Below, piece after piece: positions 30,296 to 37,333 of a stretch of 37,333 bases of DNA. Numbering within the stretch: position 1 is the first letter of the stretch; each line of letters begins with the position of its first letter. Source of the stretch: a virus (taxonomy: Duplodnaviria; Heunggongvirae; Uroviricota; Caudoviricetes); IMG/VR virus record IMGVR_UViG_2563366859_000002. One strand, written 5' to 3'. Position numbers and translations under genes: made by a program. The notes under the pieces are model-generated. The model searched no databases and was not told the origin of the DNA. It saw nothing but the letters and a program-made list of their open reading frames with translations.

Positions 30296-30955
30296 ATGAA
30301 AATGAAATGGTATGAACTGGCTAGATCCAGAATGAAAGAGCTCGGCATAACTCAAGAGAAGTTAGCTGAAGAGCTTGGTATGACGCAGGGTGGAATTGGT
30401 CACTGGTTGCGCGGATCTCGTCATCCATCTCTTGACGAGATTGGTGTGGTGTTTAAATACCTTGGTATTGATAATGTCTCATTCAACCACGACGGTACAT
30501 TTTCACCTGTTGGCGAATACTCATCTGCCCCCGTTAAAAAACAATATGAGTACCCTGTTTTTTCTCATGTTCAGGCCGGGATGTTCTCGCCTGAGCTTAT
30601 AACCTTTACCAAAGGTGATGCGGAGAGATGGGTCAGCACAACCAAAAAAGCCAGTGATTGTGCGTTTTGGCTTGAAGTTGAAGGTAATTCCATGACCGCG
30701 CCAACAGGATCCAAGCCAAGCTTTCCTGACGGGATGTTAATTCTCGTTGACCCTGAGCAGGCTGTTGAGCCAGGTGATTTCTGCATAGCCAGACTTGGTG
30801 GTGACGAGTTTACCTTCAAGAAACTGATCAGGGATAGCGGTCAGGTGTTCCTACAGCCACTAAACCCGCAATATCCAATGATTCCATGCAATGATAGCTG
30901 TTCCGTAGTAGGGAAAGTTATCGCCAGCCAGTGGCCTGAAGAGACATTTAGTTAA
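30296..30955 (+). CDS. cI: CI repressor, about 219 aa: heterologous HTH N-domain, lambda-like C-terminal domain
   Basis: C-terminal half ([17 protein letters not shown]...[14 protein letters not shown]) matches lambda CI; N-domain differs. Start at MKMKWYEL is inferred. Confidence 0.85.
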   Translation: MKMKWYELARSRMKELGITQEKLAEELGMTQGGIGHWLRGSRHPSLDEIGVVFKYLGIDNVSFNHDGTFSPVGEYSSAPVKKQYEYPVFSHVQAGMFSPELITFTKGDAERWVSTTKKASDCAFWLEVEGNSMTAPTGSKPSFPDGMLILVDPEQAVEPGDFCIARLGGDEFTFKKLIRDSGQVFLQPLNPQYPMIPCNDSCSVVGKVIASQWPEETFS

Positions 30956-30987
30956 CAGCCTCACCACTCTAAAACACACAACAATAA

Positions 30988-31015
30988 CCCGACCTTAGCG
31001 TCGGGTTTTCTTTTT
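30988..31015 (+). terminator. Rho-independent terminator after cI
   Basis: Stem CCCGAC/GTCGGG followed by TTTTCTTTTT. Confidence 0.6.
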
Positions 31016-31059
31016 CCAAAATATAAACCCATTAAATACAAAGCGTTATAAAAAACCAA

Positions 31060-31115
31060 TTATATTTAGAACATTTTGTATTGACTCGATAAAGTACAAA
31101 TCGTACTATTTAGCC
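31060..31115 (+). promoter_or_regulatory. PL promoter with OL operators
   Basis: TTGACT (31081-31086), 17-bp spacer, TACTAT (31104-31109); downstream leader matches lambda PL transcript. Confidence 0.7.
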
Positions 31116-31149
31116 ATCAGCAGGACGCACTGACCACCATGAAGGTGAG

Positions 31150-31179
31150 GCTCTTAAAAATTAAGCCCTGAAGAAGGGC
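31150..31179 (+). promoter_or_regulatory. nutL: boxA GCTCTTAAAAA and boxB GCCCTGAAGAAGGGC
   Basis: Sequence matches lambda nutL as recalled. Confidence 0.85.
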
Positions 31180-31377
31180 AGCATTCAAAGCAGAAGGCTT
31201 TGGGATTGGATGAATGAGCAGGCTGATGCTCGACCAATGTATAAACAGCGCTCATGGCAAGCAGTAACCAATCTGCGCCTCAAGACAGCGTCACTGGTAG
31301 TGCGGGCGCTCTAACCAGTAAGCCGGGGTTCAGCGCCGGCCATCCAATCACCAAAGCTAACTGACAGGAGAATCCAG

Positions 31378-31704
31378 ATGGATGCACAAACACGCCGCCG
31401 CGAACGTCGCGCAGAGAAACAGGCTCAATGGAAAGCAGCAAATCCCCTGTTGGTTGGGGTAAGCGCAAAACCAGTTAACCGCCCTATTCTCTCGCTGAAT
31501 CGCAAACCGAAATCACGAGTAGAAAGCGCACTGAATCCGATAGACCTTACGGCGCTGGCTGAATACCACGAACAGATTGAAAGCAACCTGCAACGTATTG
31601 AGCGCAAGAATCAGCGCACATGGTACAGCAAGCCACGCAGTGAAATGGGTGTGACTTGTGTTGGTCGCCAGAAAATGAAATTAGGCAGCAAACCACTTAT
31701 TTGA
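31378..31704 (+). CDS. N: Antiterminator N, 108 aa
   Basis: MDAQTRRRERRAEKQAQWKAANPLLVGVSAKPVNRP... is near-identical to lambda N. Confidence 0.95.
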   Translation: MDAQTRRRERRAEKQAQWKAANPLLVGVSAKPVNRPILSLNRKPKSRVESALNPIDLTALAEYHEQIESNLQRIERKNQRTWYSKPRSEMGVTCVGRQKMKLGSKPLI

Positions 31705-31712
31705 GGTGATAT

Positions 31713-31976
31713 ATGGACAAGAAAATTAAATCATTGAAGCCAGGAATTGTTATCAGAGACATAAGTGGTGATTACGATACAGAGACATATGATATTTTAT
31801 ATGTGCATGCAGATGGAAAATGTCAGTATTCGAACGACATTTTTAATAATAAAGGTGGTGCCGAAATTGCTGCCACCACAGTTAATAAAGAGTTAGTAGC
31901 TAACGAGTCGTGGGATTATTTTATGCCATCATCCACTTCTATGAACTGGAAAGTGGTTTTGTACATTCCATCATAA
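31713..31976 (+). CDS. Hypothetical 87-aa protein, AT-rich moron directly after N
   Basis: SD GAGGTG; markedly AT-rich relative to flanking lambda-like sequence. Confidence 0.5.
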   Translation: MDKKIKSLKPGIVIRDISGDYDTETYDILYVHADGKCQYSNDIFNNKGGAEIAATTVNKELVANESWDYFMPSSTSMNWKVVLYIPS

Positions 31977-32017
31977 TTGTAGCTGCCGTTCAAAAATGAA
32001 AGTAAATCTAACATCAC

Positions 32018-32045
32018 AGGCCGCATAGTCGGCCTTTATTTTTAA
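32018..32045 (+). terminator. Rho-independent terminator (tL1-like)
   Basis: Stem AGGCCG/CGGCCT followed by TTATTTTT. Confidence 0.55.
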
Positions 32046-32053
32046 GGTGCTAT

Positions 32054-32296
32054 ATGAAAATTAAAACTATGGGCGCAAGCCCATTGAGCGGTCGTATTTT
32101 TCAAGGAACATTAAACACTGAAAAAGGAATGTGGGTAGGAAAGAAAGAAGATGTCACCGAGCAAGCGGTTAAGGCAGTAGCTGAACACCTGATGATAAAA
32201 GACCAGAAATACGCATACGAAACGAAGGATGGCAAATGGCTGATAATAAGCCATCAACTGGTTGATAAATTACCAGAAGAGTTTATTGCTGGTTAA
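32054..32296 (+). CDS. Hypothetical 80-aa protein
   Basis: SD AAGGTG 6 nt before ATG; lies between two terminators. Confidence 0.5.
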   Translation: MKIKTMGASPLSGRIFQGTLNTEKGMWVGKKEDVTEQAVKAVAEHLMIKDQKYAYETKDGKWLIISHQLVDKLPEEFIAG

Positions 32297-32333
32297 ATTC
32301 ACCTTGGAACAAACAACAGAATAAACACTGCGC

Positions 32334-32363
32334 TGTGTATTCATTCCAACGAGTGAATACACG
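32334..32363. repeat. Perfect 9-bp inverted repeat GTGTATTCA...TGAATACAC with 12-nt spacer
   Basis: Read directly from the sequence. Confidence 0.7.
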
Positions 32364-32424
32364 GAGCAATGTCGCTCGTAACTAAACAGGAGCCGACTTG
32401 TTCTGATTATTGGAAATCTTCTTT

Positions 32425-32450
32425 GCCCTCCAATGTGAGGGCCTTTTTAT
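32425..32450 (+). terminator. Rho-independent terminator upstream of cIII
   Basis: Stem GCCCTC/GAGGGC followed by CTTTTTAT. Confidence 0.6.
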
Positions 32451-32514
32451 ATGCATACCAATAACGCTTCACTCGAGGCGTTTTCGTTATGCAATCAAAC
32501 AGAAGGAGCATCCT

Positions 32515-32685
32515 ATGCAACAGTTCGCTATTGCAGGGGCGGCATCGGTTCGCCCTTTCAACCCGATTTTATCGGTACAGCATTCACGAAAAAACATTTT
32601 AACCGGAGCAGACTTTAAACAACCAAGAATGAAAAGTTTGCTCGAAAAGCTTTGGGATATTTTGAAACAACAAGGCCGTCCATGA
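32515..32685 (+). CDS. cIII: CIII-like protein, 56 aa
   Basis: N-terminus MQQFAIAG resembles lambda CIII MQYAIAG; SD AAGGAG. Confidence 0.6.
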   Translation: MQQFAIAGAASVRPFNPILSVQHSRKNILTGADFKQPRMKSLLEKLWDILKQQGRP

Positions 32686-32789
32686 GTTTTACGGATAACT
32701 GGTCAGACGAAGAATTCATTCGTCAGATGAACAAAATGCTCAATCAGCACAAAGAACAGGAGAAAGATGATGATTCTGACTCTGAATGA
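32682..32789 (+). CDS. Possible small ORF, 35 aa, at the kil position
   Basis: ATGA overlap with the cIII stop; acidic C-terminus. Weak support. Confidence 0.2.
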   Translation: MSFTDNWSDEEFIRQMNKMLNQHKEQEKDDDSDSE

Positions 32790-33078
32790 TAAGCGTGAAA
32801 TATCGCAAATAATCGCAAGTTTTACTGATGAAGATTACGAACGAATTAACAGTGAAGTTGATCGCCTCTGCAAACGTTGCGACCCAATAAGCGAAATGCT
32901 TCGCTCATATAAACCAGATGAACACACTAAGGACGCTATCGACTGGCTGGAAGATGATGACTGTAACTATCAGGAAAAAGCCGCTGAATGGTTCTGGTAT
33001 GCAATAACCGAAAGAGTTAAGGCTGAATATGCCTTCGCAATATTTAAACGCAGACACATTTTTGGAGAAGCAGCATGA
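32767..33078 (+). CDS. Hypothetical 103-aa protein upstream of recT
   Basis: ORF overlapping the recT start; acidic, two Cys pairs. Confidence 0.45.
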   Translation: MMILTLNDKREISQIIASFTDEDYERINSEVDRLCKRCDPISEMLRSYKPDEHTKDAIDWLEDDDCNYQEKAAEWFWYAITERVKAEYAFAIFKRRHIFGEAA

Positions 33079-33986
33079 GCAATATCGTTGAATTCGTTAA
33101 ACAGCAAGAGCAGTTATTCTGCGGAGCATTGACTGAACAGACGGTGACATGGGCTAAGGAAAGCCAGTTTGCAATTCAGTATTTCCAGAAAAACGATTAC
33201 CTGGCTAAAACAGCACTGGCAAATCCAACCAGCGCACAGAACGCCATCATCAATGTTGCGGCGATCGGCATCACCTTAAACCCTGCAAGCAAACTGGCTT
33301 ATCTGGTTCCGCGCGATGGCATGGTTTGCCTTGATATCAGCTATATGGGATTGCTCCATATTGCAATGGAGTCTGGTGTTATCTCATGGGGTCAGGCAAA
33401 ACTTGTTCATGCTAACGATACCTATGAGTCAAACGGGCTTGATAAAGCACCAACCCATAAATACAACGCCTTCGGTGATCGTGGTGATATCGTTGGCGTT
33501 TACTGCACAGTTAAGACGCCGGCAGGTGATTATCTAACGGAAGAGATGAGTCTGGCTGAAATTGAGGCTGTAAGGAAAACAAGCAAGGCAGCATTCAGCG
33601 ATAAAGGACCATGGGTAAATCACTGGAATGAGATGGCGCGAAAGACGGTCGTAAAGCGTGCAAGCAAGTATTGGCCTAAGGCATCACGTCTTGATAGTGC
33701 TATTCACGTACTAAACGAAGAAGAAGGTGTATGGACTGAACCAGTTATGCCGCACAAATCAGAGGAAGATATCCGCGAAGATGAACGGAAACGCCAGCAG
33801 GAAATAACGGATAAAGCACAACTTCTTTGTGATGAAATGGCTCAGGCAGAAAACATGGATGATTTGAAGCGATATTTTGCAGAAGCATATCGCCTGACAT
33901 CTGGAATGAAATTGCAGCAGAACATACAAGCCATTTACATAGAATGCAAAGCGAAACTGGAGGTTGCCAGTGAGCAAACTGTATGA
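33075..33986 (+). CDS. recT: RecT-family single-strand annealing recombinase, 303 aa
   Basis: Motif GPWVNHWNEMARKTVVKRASKYWP parallels Rac RecT GPWVTHWEEMAKKTAIRRLFKYLP. Confidence 0.85.
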   Translation: MSNIVEFVKQQEQLFCGALTEQTVTWAKESQFAIQYFQKNDYLAKTALANPTSAQNAIINVAAIGITLNPASKLAYLVPRDGMVCLDISYMGLLHIAMESGVISWGQAKLVHANDTYESNGLDKAPTHKYNAFGDRGDIVGVYCTVKTPAGDYLTEEMSLAEIEAVRKTSKAAFSDKGPWVNHWNEMARKTVVKRASKYWPKASRLDSAIHVLNEEEGVWTEPVMPHKSEEDIREDERKRQQEITDKAQLLCDEMAQAENMDDLKRYFAEAYRLTSGMKLQQNIQAIYIECKAKLEVASEQTV

Positions 33987-34452
33987 AATAGCTAATGAAT
34001 ACGCAAAATTGATGGATTCAGATTTAGAACCAGAGATGATTGCTGACACAATAGAAGGCATGGAAGGAGAATTTACCGATAAAATAGAGCAACTTCTCGC
34101 CATTATTAAAAATGAATCTGGTTATGCTGAACGCCTCAAGGAAGAGGCAAAGTCACTAAATGAGCGAGCCGCAGTAATTCAAAATAAGATTGACAGCATC
34201 AAATCATATATAGCGTCATCGCTTGAAATGGTTGGCAAGAAAAAGATTCGAGCAGGTATTCACCAGGTAACAATCCGCAAACCGTCAGAAACTGTAGAAA
34301 TCATCGACTCAAGCGCCCTTCCTCCTGAATACGTTGAGTTTGAAACGACAATTAAAGCCGACAAGTTGGCAATCAAACACCAACTAAAAGCAGGAATAAA
34401 TATCCCCGGTGCTCAACTCAAAGTTGGGAAACCTTCACTTCTTATCAAATAA
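33970..34452 (+). CDS. Gp157-like protein, about 160 aa, GTG start; recombinase-associated
   Basis: SD GGAGG 6 nt before GTG; position directly after recT. Family assignment from memory only. Confidence 0.4.
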   Translation: MSKLYEIANEYAKLMDSDLEPEMIADTIEGMEGEFTDKIEQLLAIIKNESGYAERLKEEAKSLNERAAVIQNKIDSIKSYIASSLEMVGKKKIRAGIHQVTIRKPSETVEIIDSSALPPEYVEFETTIKADKLAIKHQLKAGINIPGAQLKVGKPSLLIK

Positions 34453-34463
34453 CGATATCGCCT

Positions 34464-34778
34464 ATGAAAAAGACTCCTTGGGAGAAATGGGAAGTCGATT
34501 TCTTGCGCGAAGTAGCGGCAACAATGCCAGTTGAAGTTATCGCTGAAAAACTGGAAAGGACTGAAAAAGCAGTAATGGCGAAAGCAACAAGGATTGGCGC
34601 TGACATTGTTAGCCGACTTCGTGGAAGACGCTGGACAAGAGCCGAAGTATCACTTTTCGGTAAGTTCTCCGCAGAAGAAATAGCAATTGCAACCTGCCGC
34701 TCAATTTATTCAGTGAGAGCTATGCGATACAAGCTAAAAAAACTCGATGAAGAAAGAGCAGGCATACGAATAAATTAA
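34464..34778 (+). CDS. Hypothetical 104-aa protein with internal duplication of a roughly 40-aa helix-rich module
   Basis: Two similar segments beginning PWEKWEVDFLREVA... and RRWTRAEVSLFGKFSAEEIA.... Confidence 0.45.
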   Translation: MKKTPWEKWEVDFLREVAATMPVEVIAEKLERTEKAVMAKATRIGADIVSRLRGRRWTRAEVSLFGKFSAEEIAIATCRSIYSVRAMRYKLKKLDEERAGIRIN

Positions 34779-34794
34779 CATGGAGTAATTAACA

Positions 34795-35076
34795 ATGAAG
34801 CTAAACATCGACCTCGGAAAATACGTTATTACCGGAACCAAACACGACCTGATTCTTAGCGAAAGAGGAATTATCAAAGAAGGCGAGAATGCAGGGAAAG
34901 AAACACTAAGCCGTATCGGTTATTACAGCAAGTTTGAGCATCTGGTTAAAGAATTATGCAACCGTGAAATCCTGTTATCTCAGGCGCAGACGCTACAGGA
35001 TATTCAGCAACATATCGAGAATTTAGGTGTGTCACTTAGCATGGCTATTGACCAGTTCGTGGAGAGTAAATCATGA
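34795..35076 (+). CDS. Hypothetical 93-aa protein
   Basis: ORF in operon context; no motif recognised. Confidence 0.45.
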   Translation: MKLNIDLGKYVITGTKHDLILSERGIIKEGENAGKETLSRIGYYSKFEHLVKELCNREILLSQAQTLQDIQQHIENLGVSLSMAIDQFVESKS

Positions 35077-35234
35077 GAGGACTTGCATACAATCCCGGCA
35101 TTCTTCCGGCAGAAATGATTATTCGCCAACGCGTAAAGCCAATGCCATCGAGAGAGGAATTGCTTAAGAGAAATTCTTTTCCATCAGTGAATCAAAACAA
35201 ATATCTGAATGCGATGTGGCGGAGTGGGAAGAAA
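35073..35234 (+). CDS. Possible 53-aa ORF translationally coupled to flanking genes
   Basis: ATGA overlaps at both ends. Confidence 0.25.
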
Positions 35235-35821
35235 TGAAACAAATGTCACTAATTGAGATGGATGGTTTTCTGAAAGGTAAATGCATCCCAAGTGATTTAA
35301 AGGTTAACGAAACAAACGCTGAATATCTGGTGCGTAAATTTGCTGAAGCGGAGGCCAAGATTTCGGCTCTGTCCGAAGACCACCAGAAAGCGATTGAGTC
35401 AATTAAGCAGGCTGATGCAGCTGTTAAGTTGGCACACGAGAAGTTTTCGGCGCTGGCGGCGGAGAATGCGGCAATGCATGAAACTATTGAAGCCGTTCGC
35501 AGTGTTGCGGATAACTCCAGTGGAATTGCCGGATGGCATTTGAATGGCGATATCGCCACATGGGAAGAGATTCTTCCTGAAATTAACGATATCGAAACCC
35601 CAGCCACCAACTCTTTCCTGTCGGAACTGCGGGCACAGGGGGTGGATGCTGCTATAGGAGCTGCAAAAAATCTGGTGGCCCAAGAATATGAGTATAAGGA
35701 TTTCAAAGCGGCGCAGAGTGATTGCTGTATGCACCCTGGTTCAGACCTGGTAGGGAAGGTTGAAATGACTGAGTGGTTAGTTGACTTTGCTGCCCAGCTT
35801 CGCAAAGGAGGCAACCAGTGA
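35231..35821 (+). CDS. Hypothetical coiled-coil protein, about 196 aa (Ea22-region type)
   Basis: Ala-rich helical sequence; start inferred at [11 protein letters not shown]. Confidence 0.45.
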   Translation, partial: EMKQMSLIEMDGFLKGKCIPSDLKVNETNAEYLVRKFAEAEAKISALSEDHQKAIESIKQADAAVKLAHEKFSALAAENAAMHETIEAVRSVADNSSGIAGWHLNGDIATWEEILPEINDIETPATNSFLSELRAQGVDAAIGAAKNLVAQEYEYKDFKAAQSDCCMHPGSDLVGKVEMTEWLVDFAAQLRKGGNQ

Positions 35822-36423
35822 GCAAGATTAACTATCAAGCACTGCGTGAAAAGGCAGAGAAAGCAACATGTGGCGAGTGGTCGCTCGAATATGGAGAGGG
35901 CCGATTTGATGGTGATGATGCACTAATTCATCGCGAGGCTGATGGATATATTCCCATTTGCAGAATTGAAGGAGCGCATCCTGAAAGCGGTTTCGATGAA
36001 GATTTCCAAATGGAACAGCAGGCAAATGCTGAATTCATCGCCGCAGCCAATCCGGCTACCGTGCTGACACTGCTGGACGAGCTGGAAACAGCAAAAAAGC
36101 GCATAGCAGAACTGGAAGCCGAACCCGTAAGCCAAACTTACAAGTTGAACGAGCTATCGGGCAACTCTCCGGTAACTCCGGATGGTTGGATAAGATGTAG
36201 TGAGCGAATGCCAGAAATGGGAGAGCGACAATGCTATGTGTTAGCAGCTGACTTTAAAAACAACTACCCGCCAAACATCCCCAACACTCAGGTCGGTGTA
36301 TATGGCGACTGGTTTAATGATGGCAATCCCACTTGGGATGACGGTGATGGCGAAGACCTGTATCTCAAAGAGGTAACCCACTGGATGTCGCTACCAGAAC
36401 AGCCTCGATTAAAGGAGCTATAA
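35818..36423 (+). CDS. Ead/Ea22-like protein with DUF551-like C-terminal domain, 201 aa, GTG start
   Basis: N-terminus [20 protein letters not shown] is typical of Ead/Ea22-like proteins; C-terminal WIRCSERMPE...VTHWMSLPEQP. Confidence 0.6.
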   Translation: MSKINYQALREKAEKATCGEWSLEYGEGRFDGDDALIHREADGYIPICRIEGAHPESGFDEDFQMEQQANAEFIAAANPATVLTLLDELETAKKRIAELEAEPVSQTYKLNELSGNSPVTPDGWIRCSERMPEMGERQCYVLAADFKNNYPPNIPNTQVGVYGDWFNDGNPTWDDGDGEDLYLKEVTHWMSLPEQPRLKEL

Positions 36424-36537
36424 TAGTGAACTATTATATCTATTTGTATTAAAAGAGTTTTTATAAAATAAATCTTCCAAAGCATGTAAAAACACTGTTA
36501 ATCTTAACGTGTGTGAAACGTGAAGAGAGGTGTTGAA

Positions 36538-36819
36538 ATGAGCATTCATGATTTGTGTGAAGATCAAGAGCAATGGGCTATGCAGACCCTTATGGGATCA
36601 GGAGTTCTTGCAAGGTGCAGTATCCATAACGATGTAATTTTAGACAGCGGAAATGATGCTTCTTCTGCTTATAAATTAGGAACTTACCTATATCAAAAAG
36701 ATAATAGCTGCAACTTATTCAATACTCTTACTGAAGCCCGCGACGCAATAAAGGATGCATATGAATCGTATTGTGGGATCGATGATTGCCCACAATGCTC
36801 AAAATACATTGACGATTAA
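36538..36819 (+). CDS. Hypothetical Cys-rich protein, about 93 aa, AT-rich moron
   Basis: Seven Cys including a C-terminal CPQC; preceded by an AT-rich promoter-like region; start at second ATG with SD GAGG. Confidence 0.45.
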   Translation: MSIHDLCEDQEQWAMQTLMGSGVLARCSIHNDVILDSGNDASSAYKLGTYLYQKDNSCNLFNTLTEARDAIKDAYESYCGIDDCPQCSKYIDD

Positions 36820-36837
36820 TAATATGAACAAGTAACT

Positions 36838-36895
36838 ACCCTCGCACTCGCGGGGATTTCTTTTATCTGAACTCGCTACGGCGAGTTTTGTTTTA
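36838..36895 (+). terminator. Two tandem rho-independent terminators
   Basis: Stems CCTCGC/GCGGGG and ACTCGC/GCGAGT, each followed by a T-run. Confidence 0.6.
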
Positions 36896-36907
36896 TGGAG
36901 ATGATAA

Positions 36908-37075
36908 ATGCACTTCCGAGTCACAGGTGAATGGAATGGAGAACCATTCAACAGAGTTATCGAAGCAGAGAACATCAATGACTGCTATGACCACTGGATG
37001 ATATGGGCGCAGATAGCACATGCAGACGTAACCAATATTCGAATTGAAGAACTGAAAGAACACCAAGCCGCCTGA
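36908..37075 (+). CDS. Hypothetical 55-aa protein (absent from the ORF track)
   Basis: SD GGAG 8 nt before ATG; ends inside the terminator hairpin. Confidence 0.35.
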   Translation: MHFRVTGEWNGEPFNRVIEAENINDCYDHWMIWAQIAHADVTNIRIEELKEHQAA

Positions 37076-37090
37076 AGGCGGTTTTTTATT
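37066..37090 (+). terminator. Rho-independent terminator before xis
   Basis: Stem GCCGCC/GGCGGT followed by TTTTTTATT. Confidence 0.55.
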
Positions 37091-37132
37091 GCCTGATTTG
37101 CAGGTTCGATTCCCTATTTGGAGATAGCACTC

Positions 37133-37333
37133 ATGCAACACGAACTACAACCTGATTCACTGGTTGATTTGAAATTCATCATGGCCGATACTGGCTTCGG
37201 TAAAACCTTCATCTATGACCGGATTAAGTCCGGAGACCTGCCTAAAGCCAAAGTTATCCACGGGCGAGCAAGATGGTTATATCGTGACCATTGTGAATTC
37301 AAAAATAAACTCTTAAGCCGCGCCAATGGGTAA
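37133..37333 (+). CDS. xis: Excisionase / AlpA-family DNA-binding protein, about 66 aa
   Basis: Motif TGFGKTFIYDRIKSGDLPKAKVIHGRARW typical of AlpA/Xis winged-helix proteins; last gene of the PL operon; stop at the window end. Confidence 0.6.
   Translation: MQHELQPDSLVDLKFIMADTGFGKTFIYDRIKSGDLPKAKVIHGRARWLYRDHCEFKNKLLSRANG

Larger units (their letters stand above)
1..37333. mobile_element. P22-like/lambdoid mosaic prophage (CUS-3-like), neuO-tailspike end through xis; int and att sites lie outside the window
   Basis: Contiguous phage modules in canonical order: tailspike, immI, ejection proteins, head, terminase, lysis, Q, nin, P, O, cII, cro, cI, N, early-left, xis. Confidence 0.9.

Noticed and set aside
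35164-35838. 224-aa minus-strand ORF over the Ea22-region gene
   Set aside because: Ser/Ala-rich low-complexity translation antisense to an operon-consistent plus-strand gene.
36893-37141. 82-aa minus-strand ORF near the right end
   Set aside because: Runs against the early-left operon direction and across a terminator; a plus-strand 55-aa ORF with an SD explains the region better.

Overview
The window is almost an entire P22-like/lambdoid mosaic prophage in inverted orientation: late, lysis, nin and replication genes are on the minus strand, and the PL early-left operon is on the plus strand, running toward xis at the right edge. All identifications are from reading the sequence and recalling lambda/P22 protein sequences; no database search was run. 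From left to right: a phase-variable neuO 5' end with (AAGACTC)n heptanucleotide repeats, cut by the window edge; a chimeric tailspike with a P22-type head-binding domain and sialidase Asp-boxes (endosialidase-like); an immI-like module with two Mnt paralogs, Arc, and two antirepressor-type genes; a small accessory cluster at the sieA position; the P22-type ejection, tail, head and terminase genes; a KilA-N moron; a lambda-like lysis cassette, Q and nin region; DnaB-type P and O with internal ori iterons; and a mosaic immunity region in which lambda-like N, nut sites, CII and the CI C-terminal domain surround a heterologous operator/cro/CI N-domain. The early-left operon carries RecT and several small unknown genes. 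The gene content matches what I recall of the E. coli K1 prophage CUS-3. No large uncharacterised system (no big ATPase, reverse transcriptase or nuclease cluster) is visible; the best candidates for undescribed biology are small accessory modules and regulatory RNAs, listed in the findings.
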